Positions 8,867 through 17,728 of a stretch of DNA of 25,166 nt are shown here, one piece after another. The translations under genes and the position numbers were made by a program. Origin of the DNA: a virus (lineage: Duplodnaviria > Caudoviricetes); the IMG/VR virus record IMGVR_UViG_3300048589_001625, positions 1 to 25,166 of that record; one strand, 5' to 3'. Numbering within the stretch: position 1 is the first letter of the stretch; each line of letters starts with the position of its first letter. The notes below the pieces were generated by a model that searched no databases, was not told the DNA's origin, and was given only the letters and a program-made list of their open reading frames with translations.

Positions 8867-8954
8867 GACGACTACCGCTGGCCCGCACCAGGGGCACGAG
8901 TTGGGCCTCGGCTCTCCAAACGACCCTTGCGTTTGCGGTCCAGCGTTAGTCGTC
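8867..8954. other. Long imperfect intergenic stem-loop
   Basis: GACGACTACCGCTGGCCCGCA (8867-8887) pairs with TGCGGTCCAGCGTTAGTCGTC (8934-8954) at 19/21 positions, with further internal pairing (CAGGGG/CCCTTG, TTGG/CCAA). Confidence 0.65.
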
Positions 8955-8984
8955 AAAGTTATCAGTCTTAGAAACGAGCTCAAT

Positions 8985-9584
8985 ATGATTCATAAACAAT
9001 TGATTTCAGCCTGTGCATTGATGCTGCTCGTATTGGCTGGCTGCGATTCTGGCATCGTCAACGTTCGCGCATTGCCATCGCCTGAACCGGAGCAACCTCC
9101 AGCGAACTTGCCTGTGCAATTGCATCAGCGCAATTGGACGGGATCACTTGGTCAAGGAAGTTGCGTCCACGCCTCACTAGTCAATCATCTGCGTTGGCTC
9201 AACAAGTTCGAACTTAGTGAACGTTGGCGGGCGACCTATGCCGACGGTGAGTGGGACTCGCGGCTTCGTGATCGCTTGGATGCGGCCGGCATCGACTACA
9301 GCTTCACGCTCAAGGCCGACCCACGTTTTTTGGATTGGGCCAGCGCCACCAGGCGAGGAGCGATCCTCTGGTGGAAGCCCGCGCACTGCTGCACGTTCGT
9401 CGGTTGGATCGAACGCGATGGAAAGCAATATGCAGCGGTCCTCGACAACAACTATCCCGGACGTTTCGAGCTAACACCTCGTGAACAATTCATCCGCTTG
9501 TGGGCAGGCTACGGAGGCTTTGCCCTAACCGTTCTTAACGATCCAAGCAGTTCACTGCCTTACCAAAGTTATGAGGTTCTGTAA
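8985..9584 (+). CDS. Lipoprotein with papain-like (C39-like) cysteine peptidase domain, 199 aa
   Basis: Signal peptide with lipobox LAG-C and a Pro-rich linker. Candidate catalytic residues are in QGSCVHAS (Cys), KPAHCC (His) and VLDNN (Asp/Asn). Confidence 0.65.
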   Translation: MIHKQLISACALMLLVLAGCDSGIVNVRALPSPEPEQPPANLPVQLHQRNWTGSLGQGSCVHASLVNHLRWLNKFELSERWRATYADGEWDSRLRDRLDAAGIDYSFTLKADPRFLDWASATRRGAILWWKPAHCCTFVGWIERDGKQYAAVLDNNYPGRFELTPREQFIRLWAGYGGFALTVLNDPSSSLPYQSYEVL

Positions 9585-9589
9585 TCACC

Positions 9590-10642
9590 ATGATCAACGA
9601 TTCCGTTCGCATTCGTTTAAGTCTGGGTCTGATCGTGGTGGCCATCGTCCACGCGATTCTCCTGGGTATTGTGCTAACGACCGTACATTACAAGCCGGTC
9701 CAAGTACAACCTCAGCAACGCTGGGGTGTGCCGAGCTATCAGCCATCGGTGCCAAGCGTCGGCGCGATTGAAAAGCTTGAAGAGCCGCAGTCTGTGAACT
9801 TGCAAGCCCAGGGTGAGATCAAGCAACAGATCCGCAACTGTCCGCCGAACTGCCTACCTCAACGCGTCTATCCCGCGCCGGTAGTAGTTCAGCCCACAAT
9901 TGTGCAACCGACCGTCGTGACGCCAACTGTGACGCCCACAGTAGCCCCACCGGTACCTGCCACGCCGAGCTTTGTGGACACCCCAAAGCCAACACAGGGA
10001 CCGCTGGTCGTTACGCCCGTATCTAACCCGGCTTCACCTCCACCAAAGAAGAGTTACCAGATCGCATTGTTTGTTAACAGTGATTCCACCAGTCAAAAGC
10101 TACAGGATTGGTTCACGCAGAACAAACAATTGGCAGCGCTGAAGGAAAGCTGTGAGTTCCAGGTCTACACCTCTACTAATGCAATCTACAAGACCCGCTA
10201 TGCCGACATTGTGCCCGCCGAACAGTTTCCCGTTGTTCTCTTCCAAGATGCAACCGGCGGACACATTCACGCTGCCGGTCGATCGATGATTCCGAGTACT
10301 TCAGAGGAACTCTACTCGGATTTACGGCATGGTTACACGCTTTACAAACAAGCCAAGCAGGCACAGAAGACTGGAGCGGTGAAAACCAAGGGCTACTCCT
10401 GGGACGATGCAATCACACCAACTTTGTATCTATCGGCTGAAGATTGTCCGGATGGATATTGCCCGACGCCACCCTCCGAAGACCGCCGGCCACTGGATCG
10501 AGTACGCGATCTATTCGATGGCGCTACCGACACTCGCAATGCACTGATGTGGCTGTCGGCCGGCGAGATCGCCACGGTTGCACTGATTGGAATCGCTGCA
10601 GTTCTGCTCGTGTTCATCCTAGTCAAACGCGGCATTAACTAA
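9590..10642 (+). CDS. Membrane protein with N- and C-terminal hydrophobic helices, Pro/Thr/Val-rich linker and a possible thioredoxin-like domain, 350 aa
   Basis: TM segments LSLGLIVVAIVHAILLGIVL and IATVALIGIAAVLLVFILV-KR; CPPNC and CPDGYCP motifs; globular segment YQIALFV...FPVVLFQD..G. Confidence 0.7.
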   Translation: MINDSVRIRLSLGLIVVAIVHAILLGIVLTTVHYKPVQVQPQQRWGVPSYQPSVPSVGAIEKLEEPQSVNLQAQGEIKQQIRNCPPNCLPQRVYPAPVVVQPTIVQPTVVTPTVTPTVAPPVPATPSFVDTPKPTQGPLVVTPVSNPASPPPKKSYQIALFVNSDSTSQKLQDWFTQNKQLAALKESCEFQVYTSTNAIYKTRYADIVPAEQFPVVLFQDATGGHIHAAGRSMIPSTSEELYSDLRHGYTLYKQAKQAQKTGAVKTKGYSWDDAITPTLYLSAEDCPDGYCPTPPSEDRRPLDRVRDLFDGATDTRNALMWLSAGEIATVALIGIAAVLLVFILVKRGIN

Positions 10643-10690
10643 GCGTCGCTTTAACCCAATCCATTCTCCTAGCAGAGGTTTAGATCAAAC

Positions 10691-10969
10691 ATGTTACTAA
10701 CCATCGCCGTCATTGTGGTCGTTGTCTTGCTGGCAGTCGCTCTCCTTCCCATAAAGAAACGCGAACCAGAGCAACTCAGGCAAGCTTCCTCTGTTGCTTT
10801 CCTGAATCCAGAGCCAGCACAACCGGTCCGCCAAACAACGCTTCGTCAACAACAGCTCGACGAAGAGGCGACCGCGATTGCCTCCGAGTACCAGCTCCGC
10901 GCCGATGCGGTTTGGCTGGATGAAGTTCGAACGAAGGCTTCGAAGCTGCTTAGTGGGGAACAACAATGA
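10691..10969 (+). CDS. Small membrane-anchored protein, 92 aa
   Basis: N-terminal TM helix followed by KKR and a helical/coiled-coil tail. AGAGG RBS. Confidence 0.7.
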   Translation: MLLTIAVIVVVVLLAVALLPIKKREPEQLRQASSVAFLNPEPAQPVRQTTLRQQQLDEEATAIASEYQLRADAVWLDEVRTKASKLLSGEQQ

Positions 10970-11154
10970 TCGGCTGGCTCCTGTTTTTTCTCGTGTCGTT
11001 AACACTGTCGTTAACACTGTCGTTTGTAATTGGAACGATTACTGGGTTCTATCTACGATCAGCAGCCGATCCGGCTCGAGTTGGAACTGCCGCGATTGGC
11101 TCAATCACAGGCCTTTTGTTGCGACTATTCCCAATAAAGAAGGAAGATTCATGA
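10966..11154 (+). CDS. Small two-TM protein, holin-like, 62 aa
   Basis: Two hydrophobic segments and a charged C-terminus (KKEDS). ATGA overlaps at both ends. Confidence 0.55.
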   Translation: MIGWLLFFLVSLTLSLTLSFVIGTITGFYLRSAADPARVGTAAIGSITGLLLRLFPIKKEDS

Positions 11155-11534
11155 CAGACATGCTTCAAAAAGGCCAGGAGTGGCTTGCCTCAAAACTTAC
11201 GCAACATGCATCTCAACAAGTTGTATATCGCCGAGGAGAGCTCGGAGCCACGCTCCAGGCGACCATCGGTAAATCGATGTACGACCAGGACGATGGTGAA
11301 GGCATTGTGACACGCAGCCAGATTCGTGATTTCCTGATCGACACCTACGCACTTCTGGACTCGATCATCGGCTCGCTGCCTCGACGCGGTGACACGATCG
11401 TGGAGATCGATGGCAACCACACCTTCATCTTTGAAGTGATGGCCCTTGGTGGCGATCCACCTTGGCGCTACAGCGACCCGTTCCGATTGAAACTACGCAT
11501 CCACACCAAACAGATCGAATCCCATTCGTCATGA
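11151..11534 (+). CDS. Head closure / head-tail joining protein (gpFII-like), 127 aa
   Basis: Start MTDMLQ with AGGAAG RBS. Beta-barrel pattern (VVYRRG, RDFLI, PRRGDTI, FEV, LRIHTK) and position before the tail genes. Confidence 0.7.
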   Translation: MTDMLQKGQEWLASKLTQHASQQVVYRRGELGATLQATIGKSMYDQDDGEGIVTRSQIRDFLIDTYALLDSIIGSLPRRGDTIVEIDGNHTFIFEVMALGGDPPWRYSDPFRLKLRIHTKQIESHSS

Positions 11535-11959
11535 CGACCGTTTTACAAGTTGCCGATAGCGTCACCGCCCAGCTCAACGCCGGCGAGTTCGACTTCGAGT
11601 TCGTGGCCGAGCGTATGTACGTCCCCAACTTCGATCTCGAGGACATGAAGGAACTCCGCGTCAGCGTTGTGCCTCGCGACGTTGAGTTATTGCCTCATGA
11701 CCGCGCCCACAACAAGTACCACTGCCGCGTTGATGTCGCGGTGCAGAAGAAGTTTTCCAAGGGCACCAATGACGAGATCGATCCACTGGTGGATCTCGTT
11801 GAAAAAATCGCCGATGAATTTCGCCTGAAACGACTGACTTCGTTTCAAGCTGCTCGCTGCGTCAAGGCCGAACATGCGGTGCTGTACTCCAGCGAGCACT
11901 GGGAGCAGCTGCGTCAGTTTACCAGTCTGTTGACATTAACCTTTGAACTGGCGCGATGA
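11531..11959 (+). CDS. Putative tail terminator (gpU-like), 142 aa
   Basis: ATGA-coupled start. Alpha/beta pattern (ADSV...LN, VSVVP, VDVAVQKK, LVEKIADEF, LTLTF) and neck-region position. Confidence 0.6.
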   Translation: MTTVLQVADSVTAQLNAGEFDFEFVAERMYVPNFDLEDMKELRVSVVPRDVELLPHDRAHNKYHCRVDVAVQKKFSKGTNDEIDPLVDLVEKIADEFRLKRLTSFQAARCVKAEHAVLYSSEHWEQLRQFTSLLTLTFELAR

Positions 11960-12522
11960 TCAAGCTGACGGTCCGAACTCAATTCGACAAGCAGAAGCTC
12001 AAGAAGAAGGCGGAGACTGCCACCTTCACTTCGCTTCGGCATGCCGGGGGCGCAATTGGCAAGACCGCTCGGTTCAGTATTCGACGTCGAAAAACGTCAT
12101 CCAGGCCTGGCAGCCCGCCACATACGCAGACGGGCATGCTCAAGCGAGTGATTCGCTATGACGTCACCAACAACAAGACCGAAGTCGCCATTGGACCTGT
12201 GAATGAGATTGCTGGTCGCCTTTGGAACCTGCATGAATTCGGTGGCGTGGCTACTAAGCGTCGCAAACTGAAGCCCCACCGCTTCCGAGTCGGCGAACAC
12301 GGTCCGATTCGAATCAAGCATCAAGGTAACAAGACGAAGTTCGCGAGGATCGAACTGCGAACTGCTGCCCAGGCCAATCGAGCAACGCGGCTGATTGCTG
12401 AAGAGAACGAGCGACGCAGCGACAACAAGCCTCGTCATTATCCCAAACGTCCATTCATGAAGCCGGCCCTGGATGCCAATCGCAGTCGGTTACCAACGTT
12501 CTGGGCCAACTCCATCAAGTAA
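11956..12522 (+). CDS. Tail completion / neck protein (HK97 gp10- or gpZ-like), 188 aa
   Basis: Very basic. Motifs SRPGSPPHTQTGMLKR, LHEFGG and YPKRPFMKPAL are typical of the HK97-gp10-like family. Confidence 0.75.
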   Translation: MIKLTVRTQFDKQKLKKKAETATFTSLRHAGGAIGKTARFSIRRRKTSSRPGSPPHTQTGMLKRVIRYDVTNNKTEVAIGPVNEIAGRLWNLHEFGGVATKRRKLKPHRFRVGEHGPIRIKHQGNKTKFARIELRTAAQANRATRLIAEENERRSDNKPRHYPKRPFMKPALDANRSRLPTFWANSIK

Positions 12523-12548
12523 ACGTTCGCCATAAGGAATCATTCACA

Positions 12549-12965
12549 ATGCCAGAAGTAAGACTTGGTCTCGAAGCCGTCCTCACTATCGACGGTGCCG
12601 AGATCACTAACGTTAAGGATTTGACGGTTAGCCTGGAAAAGGCAGAAGCCGATGCCAGCACTCGCGCTAACAACGGTTGGCGCGCCACGGTGGGAACGCT
12701 GAAGGATGCGTCGATCGAATTCACCGTGCTGAATAAGGATGGCGATAGTGCCTTCGGCATGCTTCAAGGCTTGTGGAGCTCGGGCGATCCATGCGACGTC
12801 GGTATTAGCGATGCCGGTGGAACGCTCACTCTGACCTGCGAAGTGATGACTTTCAACGTCAACCAGAACCTCGAAGAGGTCATCTCCGCAGACGTAACGC
12901 TTAAGCCGACTCAGTCGACTGGCGGTGGCGGAATGAATGTGGGACCGGGCCTGGCTGGTCCATGA
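12549..12965 (+). CDS. Major tail tube protein (TP901-1/Phage_tail_2-like), 138 aa
   Basis: AAGGA RBS. Motifs NVKDLTVSLE..EADASTR...GWR....LKDASIEF and DVTLKPT. Confidence 0.8.
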   Translation: MPEVRLGLEAVLTIDGAEITNVKDLTVSLEKAEADASTRANNGWRATVGTLKDASIEFTVLNKDGDSAFGMLQGLWSSGDPCDVGISDAGGTLTLTCEVMTFNVNQNLEEVISADVTLKPTQSTGGGGMNVGPGLAGP

Positions 12966-13018
12966 TCGCAGTCACGCTGGTTTGAGTTTGGCGGATTTTT
13001 AGCACTCAGGGAGGCATC

Positions 13019-13519
13019 ATGCAGAAGTTTGTGGACCGCGCCGGACGGATTTGGATTGTTGATATCGATAACACAACGCTGCGCCGCGTGAAGGCTCTCA
13101 CCGGTGTGCAACTGCTTGAAGCGATCGACGGAGATTTAATTACGCGACTCTCGACTGATCCGTTGCTGCTCGGCGATGTGCTGTTCGCGATCTGTAAACC
13201 GCAGGCCGACAAGCAAGAGATCACTGATGAGTCGTTCGGAGAGGGATTGGCGGGCAATGCCATTGATGATGCAACCGGTGCACTTCTTGAAGCACTGCTC
13301 AGTTACTTCCCGGAGTCCCGACGCCGTCTTCTGCGGAAGGCGGCCGAGAAACAGAAGTTGATCGAGACGCGGGGGTTGATCGCGATCGAGAAGCGGCTGG
13401 ACGATCCGAATCTGGTCGACCGGATCGTCGAAGATCTCGAACGCAAGCTCGCTGTGCCGACATTGAGCGACTCATCATCCGACTTTCCGGCATCATCGGA
13501 GTCGACCCAGGTCCCTTAA
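13019..13519 (+). CDS. Tail assembly chaperone (gpG-like), 166 aa
   Basis: GGAGG RBS. Lies between the tail tube and tape measure genes; helical and acidic. Confidence 0.7.
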   Translation: MQKFVDRAGRIWIVDIDNTTLRRVKALTGVQLLEAIDGDLITRLSTDPLLLGDVLFAICKPQADKQEITDESFGEGLAGNAIDDATGALLEALLSYFPESRRRLLRKAAEKQKLIETRGLIAIEKRLDDPNLVDRIVEDLERKLAVPTLSDSSSDFPASSESTQVP

Positions 13520-13797
13520 CACTTCGCCAACTTGTGCTGATGGCAGAGGCCAGACGCCAGCACGACTGGAATGTCGCCAGCACGATCATGGCACTTATGG
13601 CCGAGATGAACCGCGATCGCAAGAGACGTCGCAAGCCATTCAGGCCCGATGACTTCAATCCCTACGCAGAACAGAAACCGATCGTTGCTCGCGGAACTGT
13701 TGAGCAAGCTGCAGCGATGCTCGGTGCAAGTTTTCAACCCAAGTTATCAGAGTCGCCATGTCTCAAGTCAAAGCTGGAGGAGCCTACGTCGAGCTGA
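13462..13797 (+). CDS. Second tail assembly chaperone segment (gpT-like), probably made as a -1 frameshift fusion; 5' boundary uncertain
   Basis: The -1 frame is open from 13291 to 13797. Protein-like sequence (IERLIIRLSGIIGVDPGPLTLRQLVLMAEARR...PDDFNPY) overlaps the end of the previous gene. Confidence 0.6.
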   Translation: MERLIIRLSGIIGVDPGPLTLRQLVLMAEARRQHDWNVASTIMALMAEMNRDRKRRRKPFRPDDFNPYAEQKPIVARGTVEQAAAMLGASFQPKLSESPCLKSKLEEPTSS

Positions 13798-16700
13798 CCG
13801 CGAGGAGCGCCCAGTTCCTCAAGGGGCTTGAGGCTGCGCAGAAGCGGCTGCAATCATTCGGCGCATCGACACGGATGATTGGCACCAAGCTGATGGGACT
13901 TGGTGTCGCCGCTGCCGCTCCCGTGGCTGGCAGTCTCGCAATCTATTCGAACTTCGATGATGCCATTCGCGCTGCGGGTGCGGTGGCTGGCGCGACTGGC
14001 GCGGCATTCGATTCTTTGCGTGAAAAAGCCAAGCTACTTGGTGCAACCACCAGTTTCTCTGCGAGCGAAGTCGCATCGCTGATGACCGAGCTTGGTCGCG
14101 CGGGTTTCTCGCCCAAGCAAATCGAAGAGATGACCGGCGCGGTGATGAATCTCGCAAGAGCCACCGGTACCGATGCAACCCTCAGCTCCGGCATCATGGC
14201 AGCCACAATCCGTCAGTTCGGCATGGCAGCTACCGATGCTACGCGCGTTTCCGATGGACTGACAGCCGCGGCCAACAAGTCGTTCAACTCGGTGGAATCT
14301 CTCGGTGAAGCATTGTCGTATGCAGGCCCGGTTGCTGCCAATGCGAACATGAGCCTGGAGGAGACGCTGGCGATTCTCGGCACTCTTGGAAATCTTGGCA
14401 TCCAAGGGAGCGAGGCCGGTACTGCGCTCCGTCGCTTGCTGACGTTAAGTGCATCCGAGTCGGAGAAGTTTCAAAAGGTCTTCGGAGTCGCCACCAAGGA
14501 TGCTCAAGGCAACGCCCGCAACCTTGTGGATGTGCTTGGTGAAGTGACGGCTGCCACCGCCAACATGGGCACTGGCGATCGCGCCGCGGCATTCAGCGAA
14601 GTCTTTGGTTTGCTTGGCATTACCAGTGCATCAGCCATCGGTAAGTCCGTTACCGACACGAGGCAGTTGCTTGGCGAGATCCAAAAGGCCCGTGGTATCT
14701 CGGCCAAGACCGCTGCTGATATGGATTCGGGAATCGGGGGTGCCTTCCGCATCCTTAAGAGCTCCATCGAAGGTGTGGCCATCGCGATCGGCGAGTCACT
14801 CGATCTCTCAGTGACCAAGATGATGAACGCAATCTCGCGTGCACTCTCCGGACTCACGGAATGGATCGGTAAGAATCAAGAGGTCGTCAAGAAGGTCGCT
14901 CTCATCATTGCCGGCGTGGTTGGCGTCGGCGCAGCATTCATCGGTATCGGAAGCGCTGCCGGAGTGGCTGCATTCGCCGTCGGTGGCCTGGCTTCGATGT
15001 TCTCGCTGGTGGGAACCGCAATCGGCGTTCTTGTGACCATGATCGGCGCTCTGTTCACGCCTCTCGGCTTGGTTGTCGCTGCCGTTGCGGCACTGGGTGC
15101 TTACTTCATTTATTCCACTGGAATTGCCGGCCAAGCGATCGAGTACTTGAAAGGTGTCTTCGAAACGCTGAAAGCCGACACGATCAAGGCCTTCGGTGCG
15201 ATCGCAAATGCACTGGCTGCCGGTGACATCACCGCCGCGGCCAACGTCCTGTGGACTTATCTCAAGCTCCAGTGGATCAAAGGCACCACGTATCTCAAAG
15301 GCGTTTGGGCCGACTTCACTAACTATCTTTCCGATGTGTGGGGCGATACTGCCTACGCAATCGGCGATGTGCTAATCAGTGCGCTGTCGGGACTCGCCAG
15401 CGTTTGGAATGCCACGCTAGGTTTCATGGCCGATGGCTGGACGATCCTCACGACCTCGGTGCAGAAGGGCTGGAACTCCACGATTGGATTCCTGAAGAAG
15501 GGATTCATTCGGCTGCGGGAACTTGTGGATATCGCTGGCGATGTTTCGGTACAGATCGGCGGCGTGCTCATCAATGCTCTGGCAGGTGTAGAGACTGCCT
15601 GGGTGGAAACGATCGACTATCTCGCCGACACCTGGTCGGTGTTCGTTGCCCAAGTCAAATCGATGTGGAACTCGACGGTGGGCTTTCTGCGTAAGGCATG
15701 GATCAAACTCAAGTCGCTGTTCGATGACGATGTGAATGTCGAAGTCGAAATGGCCAAGATCGACAAAGAGATCAAAACGGCCGACGAAGCTGAAGAAACC
15801 AAAAAGCAGCAAGCAATCGGCGATCGCATGAAACGTCGCGACGCTCGCAAAAAGCAAATCGAATCCAATCGCGTCCAGATGCAGGAAGGGATCAAGCAAC
15901 AGCTTGAAGAACGCCAAAAGGCCCGCGCTGGTCGCGACATTGATGCCGAGATGGCGGTCATCGATGAGGATACGGAAGCCAAGAACCAGGTAGTCGATGC
16001 TTCACGTGATGATGAGTTCGCGCAGAACGAAGCCGCCGGACAATCGTTACAAAAGACGATCGACGATACGACTGCTGGCGTCCAAAAGACACTCGATCAG
16101 ATGCGTGAGGAGGCTCGCGTCGCTCGAGAAGCGGGTCGCCAGTCGCCCGAAGATCGCGCCAAGCAGCGTGACGTACAGGTGTCTGCGGCTCAGGCGGAGT
16201 TCGATGCGGCTGTGGAAACAGCCAATGCAGCCAAGCCACAAGAACCGGAGGTTGCAAAACAACCCGACGCCAACATTCCAACTCTTCCATTGCCACCCAA
16301 GCCTGGCGATTTGAAGGTACCGAAAGTTGAAGTCGATGGTATCAAAGATCCCAAGCTGAAAGCTCCGAAGAAGAAGGACCTTAAACTCGGACTGGACCGC
16401 TCGGCCAAGGATTCGATGGATCAATTCTCCAAAGGTCCCGAAGAGCAAGTTGAAAAGACTGAGGCTGCCGGCAACTTTGACAGTCGTGGACTTGGTCTTG
16501 GAAGTGGTACCTCGCTAATTCCTGTCATTAAGCCACCAGATCAAAAGGATAAAGCGAACCCGGATGACGTCGATGCAGGTGTGAATGCGGATGCTGACGC
16601 TATCGAGCCCGAAGTCGAAGTGCCAGAGGTTGAACCCGAGCTTGGGCTGCAACCGATGGACGCTGAAATTTCTTCGCCAGAGGAGATGATCGAGCCGACT

Positions 16701-16937
16701 GCAGGGGAACCAGAGCCATCACTCAATCTCGAGTCAGTTCTGGCTTCGTTCGCAGCGGTTCGTGTGCGACTGAATGAGTTCGATGCTGCGCTTTCACAAA
16801 GCGTGGCAAGGCTTCAGATGCCACAAGTTATCGGCGAAGGCCTGTCGGATGATGTCAAACGAGCCATCATCGAAACCGCTGAGAACACCGCTCAGCTAGC
16901 CGAACGCGCACGCATAGGAGGCTTCGTGTTCAGCTAA
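13758..16937 (+). CDS. Tail tape measure protein (TP901 family core), 1059 aa
   Basis: Motifs AGGAYVEL, LGATTSFSASEVA..M.ELGRAG, LGEALSYAGPVA and GIQGSEAGTALR, with Ala/Gly-rich helices, a hydrophobic middle region and Trp-periodic repeats. Confidence 0.93.
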   Translation: MSQVKAGGAYVELTARSAQFLKGLEAAQKRLQSFGASTRMIGTKLMGLGVAAAAPVAGSLAIYSNFDDAIRAAGAVAGATGAAFDSLREKAKLLGATTSFSASEVASLMTELGRAGFSPKQIEEMTGAVMNLARATGTDATLSSGIMAATIRQFGMAATDATRVSDGLTAAANKSFNSVESLGEALSYAGPVAANANMSLEETLAILGTLGNLGIQGSEAGTALRRLLTLSASESEKFQKVFGVATKDAQGNARNLVDVLGEVTAATANMGTGDRAAAFSEVFGLLGITSASAIGKSVTDTRQLLGEIQKARGISAKTAADMDSGIGGAFRILKSSIEGVAIAIGESLDLSVTKMMNAISRALSGLTEWIGKNQEVVKKVALIIAGVVGVGAAFIGIGSAAGVAAFAVGGLASMFSLVGTAIGVLVTMIGALFTPLGLVVAAVAALGAYFIYSTGIAGQAIEYLKGVFETLKADTIKAFGAIANALAAGDITAAANVLWTYLKLQWIKGTTYLKGVWADFTNYLSDVWGDTAYAIGDVLISALSGLASVWNATLGFMADGWTILTTSVQKGWNSTIGFLKKGFIRLRELVDIAGDVSVQIGGVLINALAGVETAWVETIDYLADTWSVFVAQVKSMWNSTVGFLRKAWIKLKSLFDDDVNVEVEMAKIDKEIKTADEAEETKKQQAIGDRMKRRDARKKQIESNRVQMQEGIKQQLEERQKARAGRDIDAEMAVIDEDTEAKNQVVDASRDDEFAQNEAAGQSLQKTIDDTTAGVQKTLDQMREEARVAREAGRQSPEDRAKQRDVQVSAAQAEFDAAVETANAAKPQEPEVAKQPDANIPTLPLPPKPGDLKVPKVEVDGIKDPKLKAPKKKDLKLGLDRSAKDSMDQFSKGPEEQVEKTEAAGNFDSRGLGLGSGTSLIPVIKPPDQKDKANPDDVDAGVNADADAIEPEVEVPEVEPELGLQPMDAEISSPEEMIEPTAGEPEPSLNLESVLASFAAVRVRLNEFDAALSQSVARLQMPQVIGEGLSDDVKRAIIETAENTAQLAERARIGGFVFS

Positions 16938-17728
16938 TGGGATTCTCAAGCGGTGGATACAACTTCGAACTAGCAGCGCTGTCCAAGAAGGCAACGCGCG
17001 GCAAATCAACGTCGGACACGTTCGTCTATGTTGGGACCAACGGTGGCGCGGTTGATCCTGCCACTGCAGCCGATGCTTTGTTGTCGTATTACCGATCCAA
17101 TCAACCAAACCTCATCCCGTTTCTACAGGTTGATGGCGAGTACATCAACGAGAAGCACGCACTCGTCACGGCGTCAATCAATAGGACCAAACTTGATCCA
17201 GTCTCCTTCAACACCACCGGCGCATCGACGCATCTCAATCAATCACTCTTTACCCGTGGCATCTACGCCGCGCCGGGCAAGATCGCTCCCAACTATCGAG
17301 GTGCCATTGGTGTAAGCGACTCGGGCGTCGCCGGCGTGGATGTAACCGTTCCAGCGTTCGAGTTTTCTGTCCGTAAGAAGTTTGAGTTCGTCTCGACAGC
17401 TTACCTTCTCGCCATGGTCGCCATGACCGGACGAGTCAACTCAAGTCCCTGGTCGATCTTCGCGCCTGGCGAAGCCTTGTTTCTGGGTGGAGAAGGTGGC
17501 GAGGACGATCAGAACTGGGTCGATGTGACCTATCACTTCGCGGCGCGACCGAATGAGATGAATCTCACGGTTGGCAATATCGCAGGCGTTGCAAAACGTG
17601 GCTGGGATTATCTCTGGGTCAAGCATGGCGAAGAGGTGGTCGGCGATCGCGTTCTGCAAGTTCCTGAAGCTGCTTACGTCGAGCAGGTTTACCCCGAAGC
17701 GAACTTCAACGCATTGGGGATCGAGTAA
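16937..17728 (+). CDS. Hypothetical tail-tip protein (distal tail/hub position), 263 aa
   Basis: TAATG coupling to the tape measure and to the next gene. Beta-rich. No family recognised with certainty. Confidence 0.65.
   Translation: MGFSSGGYNFELAALSKKATRGKSTSDTFVYVGTNGGAVDPATAADALLSYYRSNQPNLIPFLQVDGEYINEKHALVTASINRTKLDPVSFNTTGASTHLNQSLFTRGIYAAPGKIAPNYRGAIGVSDSGVAGVDVTVPAFEFSVRKKFEFVSTAYLLAMVAMTGRVNSSPWSIFAPGEALFLGGEGGEDDQNWVDVTYHFAARPNEMNLTVGNIAGVAKRGWDYLWVKHGEEVVGDRVLQVPEAAYVEQVYPEANFNALGIE

Noticed and set aside
8790-8984. Extended 5' ends given by the ORF track (also 1180-1470, 10878-11150, 11462-11530, 20662-20856, 23311-23421)
   Set aside because: Downstream ATGs with an RBS, signal peptide or stop-start coupling are more plausible, and the extensions overlap other genes or hairpins.
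1454-17728. Gene transfer agent, tailocin or contractile injection system
   Set aside because: The lambda-type GpA and portal with a long tape measure differ from RcGTA organisation. Head genes are present, and there is no sheath or baseplate wedge.
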